From: Owenia fusiformis
Taxonomy: Eukaryota
Assembly: GCA_903813345.2 (NCBI GenBank)
Contig: CAIIXF020000001.1
Span: forward strand, 7,688,001 to 7,752,000
DNA length: 64,000 nt
Direction of reading: 5' to 3'
The notes below the pieces were generated by a model. That model worked only from the letters and a program-made list of their open reading frames with translations. It had not been told where the DNA came from and made no database searches. Position 1 is the stretch's first letter; every line of letters starts with the position of its first letter. Of this stretch, positions 13,901 to 25,900 are shown one piece after another. The position numbers and the translations under genes were made by a program.

Positions 13901-16900
13901 CATTACTTCAACGTGATCTGATTCAAGAACAAGTACCAACACGCTTCCGCGAATCTATGAGGGTACTACCAGTTGAGCATACATCTACCACTTTGTATCC
14001 AGAGTCACAACTTAAAGATTTGGTTGACTCAGCCTCCTCAAATCTGACAAACCAAGCACTAGTTACCTTGGCCCAGTCCAGTTCTAGATCTAGTAAAGAC
14101 AAAGACAGGTCCCAACGCCAATCCAGGTCTGACTACAGGAAGAAATCTTCTAACAAAGATTGGTCCAAATCACAAGACAAACCCAAGTCAGATTTTCGTG
14201 ATTCCAAGAAGAAATACGACAATAAAGGTGGTAAGCACTTCAACAAAGACAACAGATTCTCCAAGAAGTGACCATTCTATGATCCCAATCTTCACAATTC
14301 CTCCATTTCCAGGACCTGTAGGGGGAAGATTGATGTTTTTCCTTCCGAATTGGAAGCTGTTAACGGAAGATCCGTTTATACTGAAGATGATCCAGGTAGG
14401 ATACATCCCACAGATGAATTCAACTGTGACGTTATGCACCGAACCAAACCAGTTCGAGTCTTCAACATCGAGCAAAGCAGCTCGTTTCAGCAGAGTGGTA
14501 GAGGACCTTCTGCAAAAGAATGCTGTAGAAGAAGTTCTAAACAGACATTCCCCAGGGTTTTACAGCAATCTATTCTTGGTCAAGAAGAAGAATGGAGAAG
14601 ACAGACCCGTCATCAATTTGAGAACTTTAAATCAAGTCTTAATAGTTCCCAAATTCAAAATGGAAACAGTACAGCAGTACATGACCTCCTTCCAACAAGG
14701 CGAATGGGCAGTATCCTTGGACCTTCGGGATGCTTATCTTCATATAATGATGAAAGAGAACTTCCGGAAGTATCTCCGTTTTGTTGTCAATGGAAACATT
14801 CTGCAATTTCGAGTCCTGCCTTTCGGTCTGGCAACAGCACCGATGATATTCACCAAGATCCTGGAACCCCTAGCCTCGTTCTTCCACAAGCTCGGGATAA
14901 AACTCCACCGGTATTTAGACGATTGGTTAATCCGAGGAGCATCGCCACAGGAAGTCTCAGATCACCTATGGATTGTGATGACGGTGACGGAAAACCTTGG
15001 CTTCATCATCAATCACAAGAAATCGCAGTTGATTCCGTTGCAGATCTTCGACTATGTAGGTGTACGGTGGGACCTTCATCTAGGGATGTCCTATCCCCCC
15101 CAGGACAGAATAGACAAAATTCTACAACTAACAGACTGGTTCCTCACAGAAAGTCGAGCAACAGCCAAGCAGTGGATGTCTCTTCTGGGATTACTGGCAT
15201 CAGCAGAGAAACAAGTCCCACTGGGGAGATTACACATGAGGTTCCTCCAACAATGCCTGTCTCAGAATTGGTCTCAACTCAGAGATCCATTGGACAAGAT
15301 GATAACAGTAGATTGTACTGCAAGATTGGACCTGTTGTGGTGGAATCAAGGCCAGCATCTGGAGAAAGGGATGACTTTAGCTCCATTTTCACCAGAAGTG
15401 ACAATATTCACAGATGCTTCAACAGCGATGTGGGGTGCTCACATGGATCGGAACATATCGAAAGAGTGCTGTGGAAACTGGTCCCAATCAGAATCCAACA
15501 ACCACATAAACTGGCTGGAACTAAAAGCCATACAGAAAGCCCTTCAACACTTTCAGACTCACCTCCAAGGAAAGATGGTGTTAATTTGTGCAGACAACAC
15601 AACTGCGACAACCTACCTCAACAAACAAGGGGGAACACAGTCAGCAAAACTGACAGAGTTATCTCGACAGATATGGTTATGGGCCGATTTACATCAAGTC
15701 CGTCTTCGCGCAAGACATGTGCCAGGTCGACTGAATCGAAGAGCAGATCTGTTGAGCCGGGGAAACCAGATAGTTGCGACAGAATGGTCCTTACATCCAG
15801 CAGTTGTCAAACAGATGTTCAAGATATGGGGAACTCCAAATCTAGACATGATGGCGACATGCTACAACAACCAACTACCAGTGTATGTCTCACCAATACA
15901 AGATCAAGCAGCTTGGGCAACAGACGCTCTATCCCTAAGCTGGCAAAATCTTCATCTGTACATCTATCCCCCCACGCCAGTGATAGGATTAGTTCTACAA
16001 AAGATAAAGGATCACGACTGTTTAGCTCTAGCAATCCTTCCAAAATGGCAGAATCAGCCGTGGTTCCCAGAACTATTGGATCTTCTAGTGGACTATCCAA
16101 GGGAAATCCCCCCATGGGAGAAACTTCTCAAAATGCCAAGAAGTCAGATCTTCCATCAAAATCCAGAACTTTTCCATCTTCACGCTTGCAAACTCTCACG
16201 AAATCTCTCACTCAGAAGGGTTTTTCAACACAAGTGTCAAAAAGAATCGCATCAGATGCTAGAAGACCTTCCACCAACAGAGTCTATGATGCCAAATGGA
16301 AGAAGTTCTCTATTTGGTGTTCTGAGAGGAATCTGGATCCCTGCACAGTCTCTGTTCCAGAAATAGCTGACTTCTTACTTTATCTTCATTCAGTAAAGAA
16401 GTTAACAGTGAGTACCATTGAAGGTTATAGAACTGTCATCAATCAAGTCCTTCAACAATCAAGTGGCACATCACTCTCGTCGACTCAAGAAATCTCTGAT
16501 CTGATCCATTCTTTCAAATTAGAAGATGCTCAGCCTAAAGATCTGATGCCTAAGTGGGATCTAGTGTTTGAACTACACGAGTTAACCAAACCTCCCTTCG
16601 AACCAATGTCGACAGCTGATCTCAAACACGTATCGTGGAAGACACTTTTCCTTCTACTGTTAGCTTCAGGGAAAAGACGTTCTGACATCCATGCCATAGA
16701 CATTAGGCGTATACAATGGACTAGAAACAACTTGGAAGCGGTACTTTTCCCTTTTGTTGGTTTCCTGCCGAAATCATTGAATTGCGCAGAAGGACAGTCC
16801 AGATTCCAACCAGTCACCATCAAGGCTCTAGCTAATTTCGTTGGAAATGAAACGCCAGATAAATTCTTATGTCCTGTGAGGGCCCTAAGATATTATCTTC

Positions 16901-19900
16901 AAGCCACAGTTCCTATCAGAGGATCCAGAAATAGACTTTTCATCCCCTTCAAGAAAGGATGCAGTTCTGATGTACACCCTAACACTCTCTCTAGTTGGGT
17001 GAAACAACTGTTGAACTATGCCTACAAGAATGCCTCAGAAGAAAGCAAGTTACAAGGGAAGATACGACCACATGAGACAAGAGCCATATCTTCCTCACTA
17101 GCTCTACAAGCCAATGCCTCATTAACAGCACTCTTCAAGACCTGTTCATGGGCATCCCACAACACCTTCACAAGTTACTACCTCAGAGATGTGACTGTAA
17201 TGGAGAAAGGCATGCACAAGCTGGGCCCGGTGGTACTAGCTGGCACTCTCTGCAACTTTTAGACATAAGTGTTTCTTCACTCACTCTATATCTGCAGATG
17301 GATTCACGTGGGAAGCTTGGCCTCGACTGTTTTGCAGAAGGGTTCAACTCAACTAGCTTGTGACCTGGACCCTTGAAGAACTGCAACGGTTACCTCGTTT
17401 GGTTTAAACGGCCCTTTCTTGGTTAACCAGTCTCTATTCATAGGAGTTGGTCATTACCCTTAAATGGCTAAGACTGCTCACTCTGATAGGACATAACAGT
17501 CTCCAGTTGGACATGTAACAGCCTCCGTCTTGGATCCAACTAGCAGATGGGGGTAATGGTACATGTACTATTCTTTGGGTGACATCTCATTAGGATGGTA
17601 ATATAGTTCTTTTGTACTTTTAGTAACGAGGTCCCCACCTCCTTAACTTTTTATTCAGCATATGTCATGGAATAGGTTGGATTGTATGTAATTGAGAAAT
17701 TTTACCAGTAAATTTTCTATTAATTACAATACAAACCTATTCCATGACCAGAGGCCCACCCAGCCTCCCCGCCTTTGGGAAAATGGAGGTTATTTATTTA
17801 TTTTGTTAGCGTATTAAATATGAATACATAATGAGTTGGGGATCGATATTGGCCACTTGGGCCAGTCCACTTTTTTATAAAGGGGTGTTTTTTAGACTTG
17901 CCAATTACTCCAAATAAGGGGAGTAAGCATATGTCATGGAATAGGTTTGTATTGTAATTAATAGAAAATTTACTGGTAAAATTTCTCAATTTATTTCATG
18001 CAGAAGTCTTTACAGTTGTTCTTATAATAGTCATGTATGCTGTATAAAGATAAATTAAAATTCATCAATATATTAACCCAAGAGCATGAGGTGGTAAAAG
18101 CAACAGTACATAGAATGATATTCTGTTATTTTGTTTGTATTACTGTATATAACTTGATTATTTTTTTCACAATATATTACCCTTAGCAGAAGTGTAAAAC
18201 ATATAGAGGGCTCTGTACAATCACTTTCCAGTTATCTAGTTAGTTCAATAGGCAGTACTAGACCCACACAAAGCATAACTATTATATTCATATTTTTATT
18301 TCCTGCAACGTAGGTGAACCTGATGTGTTTAAGATCGTAAAGTTGATCATGGAGCGGCAGTTGGCGCCAGTTATTGTGTTCAGCTTTAGTAAGAAGGATT
18401 GCGAGGCTTATGCTATGCAGATGGCTAAATTAGAGTTCAACACAGGTTATTATTGATTTTCTTTTTGTTTTGAAAGTGAATTCTTTTATTTTAAGAAAAT
18501 AAAAATACTATAGTATAGTGTAAAAATTCATTGAATCAGATTATTATTAAACTGCTATTATTTTAAACGATGATCTTAAAAGTGAACAATTGTAAGTAGT
18601 TGCACTTGTACTATTTATAATATGTTGAAGTTTGAATGTATGAATTGAAAATTGAAATTGTAGCTGAGGAGAAAAGCTTAGTGGAAGAGGTGTTCAACAA
18701 TGCTATAGATGCTCTATCAGATGAAGACAAGAAACTGCCACAGGTACTTAAAATACAATGTACAGTAGTATATAATTTGAATTATTGTATCACTTTCATG
18801 TTTCTCATTCATTTCTCATTTATTTGTGATGTCATATCACCTAATCCCGTTATTTTCTTATTGATTAGTGTTATTTTTACATTCCCATAATAAAAGACCC
18901 TCCTCTTCCAATGTATTATCTTTGTGGAATATTGCTTTAATCTTGTAAATTCAATGTTCATGAAAAAAGAATGTGTTACCCTAGGATTTTGTCAAGTTTT
19001 GTTTGCCCAGGCTTATGTCAAATGAGGTAAAATTCTTCAGATTGCTTTGTCACATCATTGAATATAATTCCAAAATTTTTATCGCAAGTTCATCTTAAAA
19101 TAACAACTTTCTGAAATCTAAATTATGATGATACCCAGAATTGACCACAGAGGCATGTTCTTTTGCAATTACAATGTCTGGTGTTTTATTCCAGGTTGAG
19201 AATGTGCTGCCACTATTGAAGAAAGGCATAGGCATACATCATGGTGGTCTGTTGCCAATACTCAAGGAAACAATTGAGATACTCTTTTCAGAGGGTCTAA
19301 TTAAGGTAAAGAATGAACACCAAACTAGAAACTTGCATATTTTGAACATTTTGTATTGAAGAATATTTTCCAGAAGCGGCCTCTGTCTTAATCATCATTT
19401 TCACTTGATCTCTTCAGTGAGAACTAGTTTATATGTATATATATTATCTCTTATAGGCACTATTTGCCACAGAGACATTTGCCATGGGCCTGAACATGCC
19501 TGCCAGGACTGTACTGTTCACTAGTGCCAGGAAGTTTGATGGCAAAGATTTTAGATCTGTAAGTATATCAATATAAAAACAAACATTGGCTTTATTCAGG
19601 GGGGGCAGATCTCCCAAAGTTCAGCCTTTCGTATTCGATCACGTGGTACCCATGTGCTAGATCCATATAAGGCTTACATGACCATATAGGAATCTAACTG
19701 ACCGTTGTCCGCCATTTTGAATATCATGTGATAGATCCATATAAGGCTTGTATGACCATTTAGGATGGCTAAGGGGAATCCCCGAATACGAAAGAATATG
19801 ATAGATTATGGGAGCTACTCACTTCTTCTGGCTTTATTAACATGATAAACTATGAAATTATGAAATATAATTTTTTTAGCATACTTTCACATACTAATCA

Positions 19901-22900
19901 GTTTTTAAAATGTTTTCTGGGTATAATCATTCCAGAGATTGTCAATGGTGGTTACTATTGCATCTAACAAACAGATAGACGAATGGAGTATATAAATCAT
20001 GGCATTATCCTCTTTTAGTGAGCTTGAAATTTAGGCACCATTAAAGCATTTGGATATAAACCCTATCTTACGATACTGTGAGTAGGCTGGGTGGTTTATA
20101 TATTTACAGCAAGGGATTATGTGTATGATCAGCTCACCGGTATGATGTCTATATACTGTAGTGCTCTTATTTTACAAGGCTTTGCTACTAAAGTATTAGA
20201 AATTGCGCCATCGATCTTTAACGAGGTTTTGCTACTATCTTAAATTTTGGCGGCAATAAAATATTTGGCCCAACTTTAAATTTCCTCATATCAAGGTAGA
20301 CTGGATTCTCAGTGTCGGCTTGCTCAAAGTGAAAGTTTTGTAACAGCTGTGTAAAGAGGAGAAACATCCTGGTTTTTGCAAGGACTTCTCCCATACAGAC
20401 ACGTCTTCCCGCTCCAAATGGCAGTAGCCTGCAATAAAAATTCATCTATCACATGTGGCAAAATAATATTTCTGCATGAAAAATCCAAATTTTGTGATCA
20501 GAAATGCCATCATTTTTTTTTCATGTAATTGTGCCACAAATAAGTGTTAAACCTTTCTACATAAGGCAATATCTGTAATCATGGCAAAATATTAGTGAAC
20601 ATTGTTACAAGTGTTCAGATTTTGAATTATTGGACTCATAAACACTTCCTACATTGTGACAAGGCGATAACTTGAAAAGAAATCGTCAAATCGACTTAAA
20701 ATTCATACAGTGATCAGTAGACATGTAGATATAATTCAACTTACGCTTTTCTTTCCTCGTGTGGAACCAGATGGCCGTCAGAGTCCAGGAATCTTGTTGG
20801 ATCAAATAAGTCAGGGTTGTGTTTGAAGTAACGCTTATCATGGTGCATGCCATATAAGTTCATCCAAACCTGTAATACAATGCTTTTTGTTACATTATTA
20901 CGTTTTATTCATTGAAATGAAAAAACCCAATATGGAGTTTTACTTCATTTTCGGATGCCCGAAGGTAGCATTATAATGTGCTTGCCTAATCATTTTGCAA
21001 CGTTGGCCCCTACTTGTCAACTTATAGTAGAGTATATGAAATTTTACAAAACTAGGCCGTAGTATTAGACATATATATGATAGGATATGAATATATTTAC
21101 CTGTGTTCCCTTTGGGAGGTCACATCCAGCTATATTTGTATCACATGTTGTTTTATGCGGCACGTTTGTTGGGACCATTGACATGTAACGCAGTGTTTCA
21201 AGAATCGTTGCTTCCATATATGGCATCTTCTCGCGATCTGATAGCTCTGGAAACTGTTCTTTACCAATCACATGATCAATTTCCTTGTGAAGGTTATTTT
21301 GGATGTCGGGATAGGTCATCATTGCAAGTAGGAATCCAGATGTAGTTGTAAATGTTGTGAAAATCCCTGATAAATAATCAATTCATGGATTATAAGGGTT
21401 TGGAACAGCATTTTCATTAATAATTGTAACTCTGCTAATCTTCTTCTCTGTGTTTGTCTTTAAAGGCCCCTAATAAAAGAACAGGTCCACTTAGACTTTT
21501 TCTGAAAAACTCATTCTTCCATTTACTTTTAAAACTGATTGCAAGTTGTAGATAAACCTTTCTTCTTGAGATGTGCAATTTCAAAAAGTGGCATAAGTTT
21601 TCAGTTTCTTTGAAAAATTGGCAGTAAGAACCCCTATCACAAGTCTGTCCGAATATGGGTACACATTATGTTTACCATCAAAATAATATCAAAACTCATC
21701 ATTATATAGAATTTAATATATGGAACATATGGCATACAGTATTCAAAGAAGAAAATTGACAAAATCTAGCGATGTATGTAGTTTACTTATGCAAATCTAG
21801 AAAACATTGTCATTTTTCGTTCACTTTGTTATCAAGTGTTAGCATGGTGCTCATTCCCTTTCATTGAAAAGTTAACTGTCAGCCCACACTCCCACAAAAA
21901 ATATATTGAAACTGTATAATGCAGAGACTGTAAAGTAGCTTCTCTGCAATTATCATTTTTGTGGGAGTTTGGGCTCACCACTAAAACTTAACTTTTGTGA
22001 TGAAAATAAGCCTGACTTGTTTATGTTTTCAATATGGCTGCTAGCCTGGGCATACATGTACACTACATAACTGCATGTACAGATTAGGCCATCCAAAATT
22101 AATTATATGCTGGCATTCTGATGAAGAGCCTTATATTAAAAACTACAAAACCTTCATATATTTGAAGGGTTTTATATATTATTTAAGAGTGAAAATGCAT
22201 TAACACATTGTGCCAAAGCAAGTAACACACCTCTCGAGTTCAAATGACCTTGTTAATGAAGTTTATATACATGTAGTTTTTAATCAATCTTGGAACTCAT
22301 TTCGCTACAATATAATCCAAGATCACAATTCCCTTTGTCATTTATATACATTACAAGTAGAGAGTACATGGGGACATTTTGTTTTTCTGAAAACATAGAA
22401 TTTACTGACATTATTATAAGAAAATCTTTGAATGGCCTAAATAGGGAATAAGTAGAAATTATTTTAGGCAATCCTTTTAGTGCTGCCTTATATTTTATGA
22501 TATATATTGAGAGAGGATTTCTCTGAATTATTTGTGTTTCAAATATGGGAACTGCAAGTTGGCAAATAACTTTAAAAGTAAGTGTACATTGAAACACTAA
22601 TTTCAAATGCCAAATAAAATGCCAAATGCCAATGGGCATTTAGTAAAAGTGACCCTATAACTATTTAGAATATGGCAAACATGGCAAAAACTGGGGAGAA
22701 GCAATTGAAATAAGAAAATCCATTCTTTTTGAAGTTTAATTTCAGTCATTTTATCCTAATTGCCCATGGGCATTTAAAATAATAATCACATCCCAACTCT
22801 TAAAACATGCTTAGGATACTGTTAGAGTCTCAAAAGGCAACAACAACATTCATTTTTGAAACTAGAAAATTTAGTCCCCCTAAAAATGCCTATATCGGTA

Positions 22901-25900
22901 TTTATTCTCAGGATTTTCAGGTAATTGCCCGTGATAATTTATTTTTAAAAAATTATTTCTATTCACATGTCTTATTATCAGTCACAATCAAAATAAAGTC
23001 AATTGCTTTCATTTCTTGGATTAGAAACAGTAAAATTTTGACAAAAATAGCAACTCTCAAAGTTGACCTTTAAACCACCCTAGTGTCAAGGTCAAATGTC
23101 AAAACTCTCAGAAATCACATTTTAAGTAATGAGTCATACTTCCTCTTCAATTCCATGCCAATATATACTTGTTTTGTAGGGGGGCTAAAAGAGGGGTTTA
23201 CCGCCACCTGTCCTTTTAAGATATGAGATAATTTTTTCCATGACTCATGTTGTTTTTGTTTTAGATATTTTCTGAAAAAAACTATTGAGTATAATTTGTA
23301 ACTCTTTCCGCCTGTTTTGAATTTAAAATATGCAGTATAAATAATTAGTATTTAATTCACATCGTATTTAGATCAAACCAATTCAGATATGACTTGTTCC
23401 ACATCTGATTAGGTTTTAGGCATGTTTCCTAAATTCATTCTAAAACTAAAAAAATGCTCCATTCTAAAGTCAAATGTTCGTAGTATTAGTATACACATTG
23501 CATGTATTCTAAAATATTTATAATCTGTGATCCTGCAAGACCAATTCTCTGAGCATTTATTGAATGTGGTCATACCCTCATCCATCTCTGCAGATCGTAA
23601 ATTTCCTTTATGCATTCAACAGCAGTTTGACTACACAAAATACTGTACATCAAAGTGATTGGTTAATGAAACAAAATTTGTGAAAAACTATTTGAAATGA
23701 TATAACAAATGATATAACAATTGATATTCATCTCTTTATTTTGATGGATCTGAAGATTCTCATGAAAATTGTGCCTGCAGAGAGAATGGGCTGAATTGAA
23801 CAGCTTGGAGAATGATATTATACCTGCACTGAATGTATCCATCACGATTCCATAAATACCATCCTCTGTAATTGTGCCCTCTTCTTTAGCAGCCAGTAAC
23901 TCATCAAATAGGGTCCTCTCACCACTTTCCTATAACATATGTTGGAATACCATTCTATAAAGGATTTACATTTTCTTATATACATTGGAATGCTGTTATG
24001 TAAAGGATGTACATTTTATTATATACATTGGAATGCTGTTATGTAAAGGATGTACATTTTTTATATATGTTGGAATGCTGTTATGTAAAGGATGTACATT
24101 TTCTTATATACCAGTCTTTCTGCAAGTTGAAATGTTGACCATTTGACCAAACACCTTTTAATATTCATGAATCTGAGAAGACATTTGTTGTGGGAAATTA
24201 GTGAAAAGAAAGACTTTTATCAAAATCTCAAAACATATTGTTCATATTTTTTGTAATTACATATTTTACCTGTTTATAAGATTTGAATCTTTCGATCCAT
24301 TCTTTGAAGTGCTTATCACGGCATTCCATCAGTTCAGTCATTTGTAGATAAATAGGGTTGCCAAAGTAGCGTGTCCATGGGAACATCTCTAACAGATAGA
24401 AAAACGGCCCAGTTAACATTGCCTCCATGTCATTTAACCATCTTCTTGCGAACTCTGCATCATTTTCTTTATACTGCGTATTTTCACCAAGCAGCTTAAA
24501 GAGTTTTTCATTCATTAATACACAAATTGTTCTAATTTATGTTTTACTGTATTTACAATTAGTACATGTATATTTCTTAAAGTTTTCATTCGCTTATTCC
24601 TTATATTTCAAGTCTGCATCCTTCTAAAAGAATATCCTGCTTAAAAAATTGAAAGAAGTTTTGGAAAATTTGTAATAATTATATACACCAATCATTATAC
24701 ATGTAATTAATGTACATATTCCATATATATTCTTGGTGCTCATAAACTTTTTACTATCACATGATATGGAAAAGTTCTTGGGAAAGTCCTAAATCCCTGC
24801 TTGTAGGAAAAAGAGTGAAAGACATGTAACCAAGTAATGAGTCAAAAAGATACTTCCAGATTTTCGGGAAAAGTGAAACACCATTTCACCCTTTGGAATA
24901 TTCTGTCCATTGACATTTTCCCTTAGCTTGTAGTCTCTTGAACATGTCATTTTATTAAAACATGATATCCCATCAGTGATATTATTTTATCACATTTTCA
25001 CTCTTTGTATAACATATACATGTACGTAGAAGCATGTAATTGTACCTACCATACATATAATGATCCGACAAAGGAGATTTTGAAGTTTGTCGTGAGGTTG
25101 GAAAGGTTGTCCATTTTCTTCTTTGAACTCCTTTACTGTCTGGCTTATGTTTTCATTTGAGAGGTTCACAATTCTACCGATTCCATCCCCGTGCTGTTTG
25201 AGTCCACGTAATCCTAGTTTCTTGTACGTTTGAAACCTTGGTATAAAATCTTGAGCGGATACATTATGAGAAAACCATTTGTGAACTACATATGATTTTT
25301 CGAAGGCTCTTCCAGCGAAATCATTCGATCTTACCACCAATGCCTCATAAATACTATCATAATCACTCAGTACAACAATTTCTGCACCAAGAATGCTTAT
25401 TTTGAAAGCATCGCCATATTCTTTTGCCCATTTTTGAACTTGCCAAACTGGGCCTCCATCCCAAATGAAGCTATGGATATTTCCAATGAATGGTATTCCT
25501 CTAGGACCTGGGAGGTCTATGGATTTTCTGACCATGTACTTGTATATGGTATATGTTAAACACACCACTGTACTGGCTACAAGTAACTCATAAAGCATCT
25601 TGTCTCTAAAAAACATAAAAAGAATTAAATTTGAAATATTTTTAAATGCTATAGTTTGCCAAGATGTCAGAAATCCAACTGATGAATATTGGTTTTCCTG
25701 TAAAGAATCAGTACCAACAAATCAAATTTTAGTAGTCCATAAATTGGTCTCCCCTCAAAGTGTGGGCTAAATTATAAATCCTGCTCATGCATCCATGCAT
25801 CGCTAAACTTGAAAAAGAAATTCCTTAGACTTTCGTCATATGTGAGCCAGATTGGTGTCGAAACAATGTTGTGTGTTCATGTTGAACATAGGTGTAACCA

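Larger units (their letters stand above)
12318..17991 (+). mobile_element. DIRS1-type tyrosine-recombinase retrotransposon, full length (5674 bp)
   Basis: 135-bp inverted terminal repeats 12332-12466 / 17813-17947; unique left tip 12318-12331; right extension 17948-17991; internal complementary region 17657-17748 complementary to both tips; ATT at both ends; three open ORFs (gag-like, RT/RNaseH/MT, YR). Confidence 0.95.

Noticed and set aside
22105-22150. Hammerhead ribozyme core (CTGATGA)
   Set aside because: No properly placed GAAA or supporting stems.
21470-23220. Possible TTAA-type non-autonomous element in the CYP intron
   Set aside because: Only a weak terminal match (AAGAACAGGT vs ACCTGTCCTT) and no clean left TTAA; boundaries not supportable.
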